A stretch of DNA of 44,963 bases from Escherichia phage BF9: the sequence record NC_073083.1; one strand, 5' to 3'. The position numbers and the translations under genes are program-made. Position 1 is the stretch's first letter; the number at the start of each line of letters is the position of its first letter. Positions 9,122 through 17,761 of this stretch are shown piece after piece. The notes under the pieces were generated by a model. That model worked only from the letters and a program-made list of their open reading frames with translations, was not told the DNA's origin and ran no database searches.

Positions 9122-11764
9122 TCATCGTTTGTAAAGTACACCACCCGGTTTCGTCGCCTTCACGATCTCGGCCTTGACCGACTCGGTGATTTGCTTCCCG
9201 AACGCCTGCGCGGTGCGCGGGTCCGGTCCGCTAACACTGGTATCCGTCTTACCGGTCCCCATGTTAACGTTGGTCGTCACGACCATACCACCGCCTGCGC
9301 CAGACGCGGCAACGCCCAGTTTCCCGTCGGGCCCGCGCTTCAGTGGCATGATGGCTTCGGGTCCGGCCTCACCCATCAATCCTGCGCCCTTAGCGAACGC
9401 CTGGACGCCATAACTGAAAAAGGTAGGCTGGCTTACCACCTGCCCCGAATAGGCCGCGAGGTTGCCCCCTGCGTACGCTCCGCCGTCCGCATTCTTAGTG
9501 AGGCCCGAGAAGATCGCGCCGAACAATCCGTTTTTGCCGCCGTCGCCACCGAAAGCGCTAACAATGGACTTGAACGCCTGCGATGTAGCTAGCTTGATTA
9601 ATTCGCTCAGGATGGACTTAACCATATCCTTTGCGTTCAGCTTGCCAGTCTCGAAAAACTCGTTCATAGAGTCCTGCATTGCGCTGAACGTGAATTTAGT
9701 GAGTGACGTCATCTGCGTGTATCCGTTACCCATTTCGTCAACGCTATCCTTAAGCCCGCGGCTGAAGCCATCCCATAACGAGGCATTAGCACCGGTCTGT
9801 GCTTCCTGCACTTCGCGCAGCTTAGACACCGCCAGGTCAATATCGGTATCGTTAGCGCCAACACGACGAAGGCGGTCAATTAGCTGCAATTCTTCGCGCA
9901 GGTTAGCCGCTTCGCGAGTGGAAAGTGCATAGCCCGCGGCGGTGGCTTTTAGCTCTGCGTTCTGGTTCTTAACGAAGGCATCGATCTGCGCGTGCGCCTT
10001 GACCTGCTTCTCTTTCGCGTCCAGCAATTTGGCTTCTTCGACGATCTGCTCGCGGACTTCCTTCACGCGTCCAAATTCGACTAATTGCTGCTTCTCTGCT
10101 GCCGTGAGTGCCCTTTCCTTGCTAGCTGCGATTAACTGCTCATTATCGGCAATCAGCTTGTTAAGGGCCGCTTGCGCGCGCTGTGTGCGGGTCTGAGTTG
10201 AGGAGTTGGCCTCAATCTGCTTGCCTGATTCCCGAAGCTGTGCCAGTTCGCTCCGTGCGACCTCCAGCATTTTCATGCCGGCATCCACGCGAACAGCCGC
10301 TGCCTTCTTCGGTGCCGGGTCTTTGTAGCGCTCGTTGACCTGCTTCACCGCCTCAGCCAGTTCCTTCTCGTCGATCACGCCGCGCTTATTCAGCAAATTG
10401 AGGCGGGCGATCTCGTCGGCGCGCTTCTTAGCGTTGGTGGCGTATTCCTTCTCGAACGCGGCGCGGTCACGGGCGGTGCGGTTGGCCTCCTCGTTCGCCT
10501 TCGCGGATTCGTCCGCGGCGCGGGCGTTGTCTCGCTCTGCACGGTTTCGCAGGGTGAGCGATGCCACTACTTTTTCCTGTGCGACCAGTTCGCTGTAAAG
10601 CATGTTAATACGTGCTTTCTGCGCCTCTGTCATTACCCCACCGGCAGCGTTGACCGCTTTCATCTCGGCATAGTAAGCCGTTGTCAGACGCTGTAAGGAC
10701 TCTCGCGCCTTCATCTCGGACTCATTTGAGGACTGCGCGCGGCCCACATCCAGGATTGCATCCCACATAGATTTCGCTGCCGATGTGACGACGTTCATCG
10801 ACCGCTCGAGCGTTCCCATGTTGGACTTAATATCGTTGGTCATGGTGGTGAACGACGCCGCGGCTGTTTTATTAGCCAGCGCCACCGCTTCAGTCTCACG
10901 ACCCATACCCACCAGGGATTGTACCTGCTGGATCTGCGCTTCGTTTACGACGTGATACTTATCAGCCAATGCTCGCAAGCCACCTACCGGGTCTGTAGAC
11001 AGCTTCGCCACCGCCGCGACCACATCCTCGATCGGCTGGCTGGACACCTTCGCAAAGTCATTCACTACCTTCGCCAGTGCGCCGAAGTCACCACCCGCTT
11101 TCACACCCGCCGCCGCCAGCGCCTGGATTGTGTCACGCGTCTTGCGGAACGACCCGCCCATGCGCTCGGCGTTCTCGGATAGTACCAGGATCTGGTTTGC
11201 CGTCAGGCCGGAAATGTTACCGGAAAGTGCCAGCGTCTTGTTAAGCGCGGCGACCTGGTTCTCTGCGCGGGACGTAATTGCCACGCCCACGCCTAACGTT
11301 GCCGTTACGGCGGCAAGGCCGATCCCTACTGGGCCGAGGAAGCCCGCAACATAACGCAGCGTGTTACCCAATCCACCGAACGCCCCAGTTAGCTGCGGTA
11401 ACTGCTGAAGCATGACGCGGTGAACAGGCATCCCCATCTCAAGCGTAACTGCGATATCCTGTAATTGGAATGCGGCGTTACGCGAGGCAAAGCCCAGGTT
11501 TTTGGTCGACATGCCTAACCTGTTGGCAAGTCGCTCCTGTTTCGTCATGCCATCGGCGGCGCGCTGCGATTCAGTCGCCAGCTTCTCCATTCCGCCCGCG
11601 GCGTCACTCGTCACCTTTTTGGATTTGCCGAGTGTGTCGTTTAATTTCTTAACCTTGTTTTCTGTGTTCTCGGATTTCTGTGCGAATGAATCAAGCACAG
11701 TATTCGCCGTTCTGATTTGTGCAACATCCGCCTTTAGCGTGATGCCTGCTGCTTGATCTGCCAT
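9122..11764 (-). CDS. Tail tape measure protein (880 aa)
   Basis: Long, Ala/Gln-rich, predicted coiled-coil protein with Gly-rich hydrophobic segments, downstream of the G/GT chaperone. Confidence 0.9.
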   Translation of the reverse strand: MADQAAGITLKADVAQIRTANTVLDSFAQKSENTENKVKKLNDTLGKSKKVTSDAAGGMEKLATESQRAADGMTKQERLANRLGMSTKNLGFASRNAAFQLQDIAVTLEMGMPVHRVMLQQLPQLTGAFGGLGNTLRYVAGFLGPVGIGLAAVTATLGVGVAITSRAENQVAALNKTLALSGNISGLTANQILVLSENAERMGGSFRKTRDTIQALAAAGVKAGGDFGALAKVVNDFAKVSSQPIEDVVAAVAKLSTDPVGGLRALADKYHVVNEAQIQQVQSLVGMGRETEAVALANKTAAASFTTMTNDIKSNMGTLERSMNVVTSAAKSMWDAILDVGRAQSSNESEMKARESLQRLTTAYYAEMKAVNAAGGVMTEAQKARINMLYSELVAQEKVVASLTLRNRAERDNARAADESAKANEEANRTARDRAAFEKEYATNAKKRADEIARLNLLNKRGVIDEKELAEAVKQVNERYKDPAPKKAAAVRVDAGMKMLEVARSELAQLRESGKQIEANSSTQTRTQRAQAALNKLIADNEQLIAASKERALTAAEKQQLVEFGRVKEVREQIVEEAKLLDAKEKQVKAHAQIDAFVKNQNAELKATAAGYALSTREAANLREELQLIDRLRRVGANDTDIDLAVSKLREVQEAQTGANASLWDGFSRGLKDSVDEMGNGYTQMTSLTKFTFSAMQDSMNEFFETGKLNAKDMVKSILSELIKLATSQAFKSIVSAFGGDGGKNGLFGAIFSGLTKNADGGAYAGGNLAAYSGQVVSQPTFFSYGVQAFAKGAGLMGEAGPEAIMPLKRGPDGKLGVAASGAGGGMVVTTNVNMGTGKTDTSVSGPDPRTAQAFGKQITESVKAEIVKATKPGGVLYKR

Positions 11765-11827
11765 TATGCAGTCCCCTTTTTTATGCAGTTGCCGGTTGAC
11801 ATTGTATCAGCGAATTTAAAACAAACC

Positions 11828-12150
11828 TTATTCAGTCTCAGACGAGGGGGGCCACTGACCCCCGTCTAGTCTGAAAGACTGGGCTTTGTCCCGCTTGTCC
11901 CGATCGGCTGAAAACCGCGGCAGCACTGGCGGGGACGGGGCGCCGTCCCGCTTTGTCCCGCATCTTGTTTGTCCCGCTTTTTGTCCCGTTTGTTTTATGC
12001 ACGAAATCCGAATAGGTATGCACATTTGTGGGGTGGGACAAAACGGGACGTCCCGATTGTCCCGCTTTTAGATTATGCAATGGAAGTGAGTAGGTATGCA
12101 CATTTGTGGGGTGGGACAAAACGGGACATCCCGTTTTGTCCCGCTTCATT
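11828..12150. repeat. Iteron region A: about 67 bp hairpin leader followed by 10 or more GTCCCG(C) heptamers in both orientations, including a roughly 74 bp tandem duplication
   Basis: Leader ttattcagtctcagacgaggggggccactgacccccgtctagtctgaaagactggg, then ttgtcccgc copies and gggacaaaacgggac inverted pairs. Near-identical leader at 28280. Non-coding in my reading; track ORFs across it are repeat-driven. Confidence 0.8.
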
Positions 12151-12840
12151 ATGCGGGGTTCTGCTGCGCCATCTCATCAAGCGCGATTCGTTCCATTAGC
12201 TTGATATCTTTAAACGCGCGCTGTTCGTTTTCGATACCGTGCATCTTAAATAACCACTCCAGCACGCCGTAGTCGATGCCGTATGCGCCACCAAATCCGG
12301 TGCGCCATTGCGTGGCGCAATCTGTGAAGACTGCGACTATCTTCGCGTTGTCAGGCCATAGCGCAACAGGCGGACAAACATCTTCGGGGGCCGCGCCCCA
12401 TAAACTTGCGGCTAAATCTTCAGAGGGTGGCGGCGGGCCATAAAAGCGTCGCGCCGCCTCAATTAGTTTTTTTCACGCAACCCCATCAGTTCGAGATAGT
12501 ACGACGTGTGGAACACACCGAACGCGCGTGGATAGTTGACCACCAGGCGGCGGACGTTCTCCGCGTTAAATTCGTCCGGCAGATTCCAGCCTTCTGCGAC
12601 GTGCATGATGGCCTCGACCATAACGTTAAAGCCGTCAGGGTCATTGTCGTCATATTCCGATAGCTTTCGTTCAGTTTCCTGCATGGTTTGCGAAAATTCG
12701 TCGATCGGGCGGTGGCGGACGGTAAACGTCATCTTGCCCGGTTCGTTCTCACCAGGGCGCGGGATCTCAATCGGCAGCTTAAAGGTTGGTTTAGGGTCAA
12801 GTGTGAAGAGTGGTGCTTTAGCCATTGTAGTATTCTCCAA
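12149..12840 (-). CDS. Tail assembly chaperone GT-like fusion made by programmed -1 ribosomal frameshift
   Basis: Slippery heptamer A_AAA_AAC (plus-strand T7 run at 12467..12473) at the end of the G-like ORF. The -1 frame continues open to a TAA at 12151..12149 and encodes ...DNAKIVAVFTDCATQWRTGFGGAYGIDYGVLEWLFKMHGIEN... Confidence 0.6.
12463..12840 (-). CDS. Tail assembly chaperone (gpG-like), 125 aa
   Basis: Track ORF between the major tail and tape measure genes, ending in the slippery site. Confidence 0.75.
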   Translation of the reverse strand: MENTTMAKAPLFTLDPKPTFKLPIEIPRPGENEPGKMTFTVRHRPIDEFSQTMQETERKLSEYDDNDPDGFNVMVEAIMHVAEGWNLPDEFNAENVRRLVVNYPRAFGVFHTSYYLELMGLREKN

Positions 12841-12842
12841 TA

Positions 12843-12868
12843 AAAAAGGGGCCGTGCTGGCCCCATAT
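12843..12868 (-). terminator. Intrinsic terminator after the major tail protein gene
   Basis: Minus strand reads GGGGCCAGCACGGCCCC followed by TTTTTT. Confidence 0.6.
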
Positions 12869-12894
12869 TAACACTCGCTAATTAAGCGACCAAA

Positions 12895-13620
12895 TCAAGA
12901 CAATGCCTCGACCAGATCCTTACGGTAGATAACCATATCAGACTGCATGGTCAGAGTGGATTGTACTGTTTCCACGTTGTTTACTTCAGCGGACGGAATC
13001 TTCTGGAAAGATACCTTAGCCGGGTAAATACGGATCTCACCTTTGCCGCTTGCCGCTGCCGGGTTAGTGAACTTGATCACAGTGGTTTTCTGTGTGCCGT
13101 CCAGGTCTTCCAGGATTGGGCGGATCGGGTCTTCTTCGTCGTGGGTGAAGGTGTAAGTCTGAACAAACGGGTTTTTCGTGGTGTTCAGACTGATTGCGGT
13201 GTTCACCTGCAACGGCTGGAAGGTAGTAGTCTGCTGGTCGCCACCAGACACGGCAACGTTAGTAATGAAAGGGAAGTCGATAAAGCTCGACACCTTCACC
13301 ACTTCGCCCGGAGTGCCTGCCCCAAACGCGCCAGTAGGATATTTGGTCACGTCCGAGGTGTCGAAGCGCGCCAGCGTAACGTCGTTGGTAGCTACTTTAC
13401 CCACGATGAACGCTCGGTTCAGCGCACGGACCCACGGAGTTTTAGTGAACATTACCACATCGCCTACTTGCAGGCCATGAGAAGCCGCGCAGGTGATAAC
13501 GCAACCTTGCGTAAGATCAGAGATAGACGCTGCGGCGTTGGTTGCTGCCGTAACAGCGATGCCGCTACCCAGTACGGACCCAATCTGGACGCTGGACCCG
13601 TTAGGAAGTTGATAACCCAT
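12895..13620 (-). CDS. Major tail (tube) protein
   Basis: 241 aa, immediately upstream of the chaperone/tape-measure genes, followed by a terminator; RBS present. Confidence 0.75.
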   Translation of the reverse strand: MGYQLPNGSSVQIGSVLGSGIAVTAATNAAASISDLTQGCVITCAASHGLQVGDVVMFTKTPWVRALNRAFIVGKVATNDVTLARFDTSDVTKYPTGAFGAGTPGEVVKVSSFIDFPFITNVAVSGGDQQTTTFQPLQVNTAISLNTTKNPFVQTYTFTHDEEDPIRPILEDLDGTQKTTVIKFTNPAAASGKGEIRIYPAKVSFQKIPSAEVNNVETVQSTLTMQSDMVIYRKDLVEALS

Positions 13621-13681
13621 AATGAACGCTCCTGTTTAGATATACGGTTCAATGATACAGCACGCGCAGAATAGCGCAAAA

Positions 13682-14104
13682 TCAGGCGCAACAGGTGTAG
13701 GGGACTGTGACCACGATGCGGGCACGATCAACATCCTCAATCACCGAACTGGTGTAGGGCGCGTCCTGAAGCTGGAACGCAGCGCCAGTAAGCCTTACGG
13801 CCTGCCACTTGTCAGACGTCGCGATGGCGTCCGCCAGTTCACTCGCATACTGTGTGCCAGTTCCCGCAGGAAATACCACGGCAACCTGATACACGCCTGC
13901 ATAGATCCGGCCCTTCTGCTGGAAGCCCACAAACTGGGTCGGGGCCGGAAGCAGATATGGTTCCAAGTAGACACCGCTGCCGTTTGCGTGGTCGCCGCTC
14001 ACGTTCTCCCAGTTAACCTTTATCGGGCGCGTGCTAGTGCTCAGGCTAACCGATAGCTCTTCGATAACGCTGTTAAGCGCCTTGCGGATTAGAGTATTGC
14101 TCAT
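13682..14104 (-). CDS. Tail terminator-like neck protein (gpU-like position)
   Basis: 140 aa gene directly upstream of the major tail gene; assignment by synteny only. Confidence 0.45.
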   Translation of the reverse strand: MSNTLIRKALNSVIEELSVSLSTSTRPIKVNWENVSGDHANGSGVYLEPYLLPAPTQFVGFQQKGRIYAGVYQVAVVFPAGTGTQYASELADAIATSDKWQAVRLTGAAFQLQDAPYTSSVIEDVDRARIVVTVPYTCCA

Positions 14105-14697
14105 TATTTCACCTTCGAATTAATTTCTGCCGCTACGACGCGAACAATCCCCGCGGGCGCTTGTTTACTCCAGCCATACTCAAGTCGCTGCGCATACGGC
14201 ACATTGTTAGTAAACCAGATCGACCCGTATTCACCTGAATCGTAATGTGCCAGCACTTCACGCCCTGCGGCTAATGTTGCCGTTCCGGCCTTGTCCACGC
14301 GGTCGATAGCGCCTACAGCCGGGCGGTCGAACGTAACCTGCCAGTTCCCCCGGAAGCGTCCGCCGGTGTAATTCTTCGCAGCCCAGCCACGCTGGCGGAA
14401 CGTGACGTTGCCGTTTTTAGTTTTGAATGAGATTAGCACACTGGCGTGCTTCTTCTGCCCGCGCTTCAGTTTGCCGCCATTCTTGCGGCGCTGTGCGGCG
14501 TTCACCTTGTTCGCGTGCTGGCAGGCCATTGCATAAGCCTTGTTAATCTTCCACCGGCGAGGGTCGCCCACCGGGGAGATCTCAATAAGGCGTCCGAGTA
14601 TTTGCATCCCGTACGCCCGCACCGCCTTATCGTTGTTCTCCTTCGTCTTACCCACCCACGTAGCAATAGTGGCGGCGAATGAATAGACTTCAGCCAC
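14104..14697 (-). CDS. Neck / tail completion protein (HK97 gp10-like)
   Basis: 197 aa between the capsid and tail genes; the C-terminal YGWSKQAPAG region resembles gp10-family proteins. Confidence 0.5.
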   Translation of the reverse strand: MAEVYSFAATIATWVGKTKENNDKAVRAYGMQILGRLIEISPVGDPRRWKINKAYAMACQHANKVNAAQRRKNGGKLKRGQKKHASVLISFKTKNGNVTFRQRGWAAKNYTGGRFRGNWQVTFDRPAVGAIDRVDKAGTATLAAGREVLAHYDSGEYGSIWFTNNVPYAQRLEYGWSKQAPAGIVRVVAAEINSKVK

Positions 14698-14698
14698 G

Positions 14699-15052
14699 TT
14701 AGCCCCTTAGCTGTAGTTGAAACAGCATGGTCGTGCCTGCCGGTTGCAGTGGGTTAGGATTGACGACCCGGTAGTCAGCACCGTTCAGGTTAACCAGGTC
14801 GCCCACCCGCAATTGCTCAACCGCCCGACATAAAAACTTCACATCTCCGGCAACGATACGCGTTCCGTCGATCTCGCTGGGCTTGTACTCCTCGCGAAGA
14901 CCGATGATGTCAAACGACGTTGGCGGGATTACCACTTCGTCGCCGTCTACGCGGTCAACCGATCCCGGACGCGTAACCGTAACGGTCATGCCGAATTTTT
15001 TAATCAGCGGATTCACTTTCCGCTTTAATCCTGCGTAATTAAAGCCCGCCAT
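14699..15052 (-). CDS. Head closure / head-tail joining protein
   Basis: 117 aa, position in the neck gene block; synteny only. Confidence 0.45.
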   Translation of the reverse strand: MAGFNYAGLKRKVNPLIKKFGMTVTVTRPGSVDRVDGDEVVIPPTSFDIIGLREEYKPSEIDGTRIVAGDVKFLCRAVEQLRVGDLVNLNGADYRVVNPNPLQPAGTTMLFQLQLRG

Positions 15053-15156
15053 CTTCTTCGCTCTCCTGTACCGGTGGTTCCGGTTCTGGCTCCGGTTGTT
15101 CTGGTTGCCGTTTAGCGTTGGCGGCGATTATCGCCGCGAGTAATGCAGGATTCATA

Positions 15157-15657
15157 TTACCCCCTGAATACGTCGAAATTGCCTGCGGCGTTGCCGCCTG
15201 AATCAACCCAGTGCCCTAACAAGCCATCCCACCACGGGAACGACACCCCGCTACCAATCGACGCGGGGTCATACTCCATCGTGATCGGGCCTACAGTTTC
15301 GCGGATAGTCTCCTTACCGTCCCCGATCGGAGAAATATCAACATCGTCCGCCACCAGCATAGCCAGCCGGTAAACGGCTTGCTCAACGGCAACAGGGATT
15401 GACGCGAAGTCTACAATCTGCCCAGCGGGAACTACTGCCAAATCTTCAGTAAGCGTGTTTTGCACCGGCTTACCGTCTGACGGGTAGTTGACGCGGGGCC
15501 ATGCGTCTATTCCTGTCTGGTCCGCCTGTTCGCCGATCCAGTTGATGCCGTTAAGGAAGTCATTAACGATGGTAAGGTGTCGCGTTGCATCGCCCAGCGT
15601 AATTTCAACGCCTCGCGCAGCGGCATAATCGACAAAGGTTTGCGGGTCGCCATACAT
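15157..15657 (-). CDS. Head-tail adaptor (putative)
   Basis: Internal ATG (MYGDPQTFVDYAAARG) of track ORF 15157..15699, preceded by GGAG; first gene after the capsid terminator. Confidence 0.45.
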   Translation of the reverse strand: MYGDPQTFVDYAAARGVEITLGDATRHLTIVNDFLNGINWIGEQADQTGIDAWPRVNYPSDGKPVQNTLTEDLAVVPAGQIVDFASIPVAVEQAVYRLAMLVADDVDISPIGDGKETIRETVGPITMEYDPASIGSGVSFPWWDGLLGHWVDSGGNAAGNFDVFRG

Positions 15658-15669
15658 TAGATTCACTCC

Positions 15670-15700
15670 TATAAAAAAGGCGGGCATAAGCCCGCCCATT
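15670..15700 (-). terminator. Intrinsic terminator after the major capsid protein gene
   Basis: Minus strand reads GGGCGGGCTTATGCCCGCC followed by TTTTTT. Confidence 0.65.
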
Positions 15701-15715
15701 TGGGATGTGCGTCGA

Positions 15716-16810
15716 TTAAGACGCTGTGGTAGCCGTCAGAGTAACCAGTACGCCCGCCGTTTCCTTGATGTGACGGGTCGGCACTGCCTGTGCGGCCTGT
15801 GTCTTACGACGGCCTTTAGTATCGCTATCGCCGCCAACGTCCTGCACGGTTGCCGGTGCGTTGTCTACCTGGCCCTGATCCAGTTCCCAGTTAGCGGAAG
15901 TGGTGATGTCGTCCAGTTTGAACGAGCGCACACCTTCGATCGGGGTACGAGCGGACGCCTTCAGACGATAGCCTTTAACAGCCACGTTGAAGTCGAACTC
16001 GCCCTGCCACCAGCGTTCGATGTTCTCGTTACCGCCTTTTTCCTGCGCCAGCATATCGAGGCCGTTGGTGGTAACTGCAACCGCGCCAGGGACCAGACCC
16101 AGCATGTTACCAGCACCCATAGCATCGGCAGCGGCATCGGAGATAATGAAGCGACGGCCCAGGCCATCACCCATTACCTGGAGATCGCCAATTGCGAATA
16201 CCTGTTCAGCGGAAGGGAGTGCCTGGTACGCAATGAAGTTTGCCCAGGTAACGCCGTCCATAAACCAGGACTTAATCAAAGACGCCTGATCGCCGAACTT
16301 AGAAGCAGCCAGCGGGAAGTCTGCCAGGGTCGGGAAGGTACGACCGCCAACGCCGTCAACGCGCGCCGGTTGGGTGTATTTTGCCGCTGCGTTGCTTTCG
16401 ATCGCCGCTTTACTTGCGCCGATACCCGCTTTCAGGTAGTGCAGCATAATCGCTTGAGTAGCCTGTGCCGCGATCTCCGCCGCAACGCTGTTAACGTTGG
16501 TTTCGATCTTAGCCATCATGGCCTTCGTGATTGCTACCGGACCCACTTTCGCGGAAAGGTTAACCGAGTTGGTCAGCATACGCGCCAGCACTTTTGCGGT
16601 CGCCGGAGTACCTACAGGGGCGTAGGCGTTACGGTCGGTAACGAGGTTGGCAATCAAGCCTACGGACATTTTCTCAATAACATCCTTCAGCACTTCACCA
16701 GTACCGAGAACAACAGCGCCATTGGCGGCGGCGTTGAAAACGTTCAGGTTGTCGGGGATCATTTGCGTAACCGCGGTAACGAGTTTACGCTGGAACACTG
16801 TTAAAGACAT
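15716..16810 (-). CDS. Major capsid protein
   Basis: 364 aa, follows the scaffold gene, RBS AAAGGA, terminator downstream; Ala/Gly-rich composition typical of HK97-fold capsid proteins. Confidence 0.8.
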   Translation of the reverse strand: MSLTVFQRKLVTAVTQMIPDNLNVFNAAANGAVVLGTGEVLKDVIEKMSVGLIANLVTDRNAYAPVGTPATAKVLARMLTNSVNLSAKVGPVAITKAMMAKIETNVNSVAAEIAAQATQAIMLHYLKAGIGASKAAIESNAAAKYTQPARVDGVGGRTFPTLADFPLAASKFGDQASLIKSWFMDGVTWANFIAYQALPSAEQVFAIGDLQVMGDGLGRRFIISDAAADAMGAGNMLGLVPGAVAVTTNGLDMLAQEKGGNENIERWWQGEFDFNVAVKGYRLKASARTPIEGVRSFKLDDITTSANWELDQGQVDNAPATVQDVGGDSDTKGRRKTQAAQAVPTRHIKETAGVLVTLTATTAS

Positions 16811-16877
16811 ATCGAAATCCTTTGAGTTGTGAGCATTCGCCCAGTGACGTTAATGTTACCTTAGATTTACGCGCTCG

Positions 16878-16905
16878 CAAAATTGCCCGCTTTCGCGGGC
16901 AATCT
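16878..16905 (-). terminator. Hairpin with T-rich tail between the scaffold and capsid genes
   Basis: Minus strand reads TTGCCCGCGAAAGCGGGCAA followed by TTTTGCG. Confidence 0.4.
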
Positions 16906-16907
16906 GC

Positions 16908-17612
16908 TTACTCGTCGTCGCCCATCTTAGCGATGATTTCACCTGCCTGTTTCGTAAGGTCAGTGATACCGAAGCTGTGGCCCATAGTGATTTTCGACTT
17001 CACATCTTCGACAACCTGCGTCGGTTTGCTAGGCGCGCCACCGGCTGGCGTGCCAGCCAGGACGGATGCAAAATCGGCGTTATTACGGAACTCTTTTTCA
17101 AGCTCTTCCATAGTCAGCGCGGACGGTTTGCCATCCTGCAAGACACGCACTTTCAAGCTGCCGTCTTCGCCGTCCTCCAGCGTCAGGCGGTCCATTACGT
17201 GGCGTTGCATGATCCCAGCATTCTTACCGAACAGCTTCGATGCCAGGTCTTTGGCAGCGCTGCCGATGGTGAGATCGTGGATCTGCTTGCGGTAGGCTTC
17301 GATTTTTCCCGATGTGTCTGCTTCGTGTTTCGCAAACTTATCTTTCCAGGACTTGTCGATCGCTTCGAGGTCGCCATTTTTGCGCGCGGCGGCTTCCTCT
17401 TTCTCTTTCGCAAGGCGCTCAGCTTCGGCGCGGCGTTCGGCTTCTGCTTTCTTCTCGCTCACCAGCTTCGCGTTGTTGTCTTTCAGACCCTTGATTTCCG
17501 CCTGTACTTCTTCTGCGGTCATGAAAGTTGATTTATACCCGTCGCCATCGGCAACAAAAAGCGCCTTCATACCTTCCGGCAACGCGTCATATTCTGCTTT
17601 AGTAAGTTTCAT
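16908..17612 (-). CDS. Capsid scaffolding protein (putative)
   Basis: Internal ATG (MKLTKAEYDALPEG) of track ORF 16908..17759 with RBS GGGGGA; acidic, Lys/Glu/Ala-rich coiled-coil protein directly upstream of the capsid gene. Confidence 0.6.
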   Translation of the reverse strand: MKLTKAEYDALPEGMKALFVADGDGYKSTFMTAEEVQAEIKGLKDNNAKLVSEKKAEAERRAEAERLAKEKEEAAARKNGDLEAIDKSWKDKFAKHEADTSGKIEAYRKQIHDLTIGSAAKDLASKLFGKNAGIMQRHVMDRLTLEDGEDGSLKVRVLQDGKPSALTMEELEKEFRNNADFASVLAGTPAGGAPSKPTQVVEDVKSKITMGHSFGITDLTKQAGEIIAKMGDDE

Positions 17613-17699
17613 GCTATCCCCCTGGGATTGTGGCAGAGCGGGCCACCCGCTCGACTTCACGCTTCTAATATTATCAGCGATAAAAATAATCGCAAAATT

Positions 17700-17750
17700 C
17701 GCTTGCAATCCGCGTATTGGTTGCACTATATTGGTTGCACACCAACCACG
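17700..17750 (+). promoter_or_regulatory. Promoter with tandem TTGGTTGCA motifs driving the rightward gene inside the head module
   Basis: TTGCAAtccgcgtaTTGGTTGCACTATATTGGTTGCACaccaacc gives TTGCAA-N17-CTATAT. The same 21 bp core (CTATATTGGTTGCACACCAAC) recurs in reverse orientation near 28085. Confidence 0.5.
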
Positions 17751-17761
17751 AGGACACACAA

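Noticed and set aside
2957-11652. Numerous ORFs of 60 to 270 codons embedded in or antisense to the J, I, K, L, tape measure and other large genes (for example 4286..5098, 9462..9932, 10919..11182)
   Set aside because: Each lies inside a much longer ORF with clear structural-protein character, and the sequences are Arg/Ser/Pro-rich as expected for off-frame translation of GC-rich DNA.
11838-12149. Track ORFs spanning the GTCCCGC iteron arrays (11838..12149 and 11828..12025 minus, 11886..12071 and 11969..12199 plus; likewise 28290..28544 minus)
   Set aside because: The open frames are produced by the repeats themselves. The two minus-strand ORFs at 11838..12149 and 28290..28544 end in the identical peptide because they read the same repeated leader; composition is low-complexity and no RBS is evident. 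Treated as non-coding.
11828-12150. Possible CRISPR array, given many short direct repeats
   Set aside because: The repeats are 7 to 8 bp with 1 to 6 bp between them and appear in both orientations; there are no regular 25 to 40 bp repeats with unique spacers and no cas genes.
15041-15156. Short minus-strand ORF (about 38 aa, Pro/Glu-rich) in the gap between the genes at 15157..15657 and 14699..15052
   Set aside because: It overlaps the start of the downstream gene in another frame, has no clear RBS and is low-complexity.
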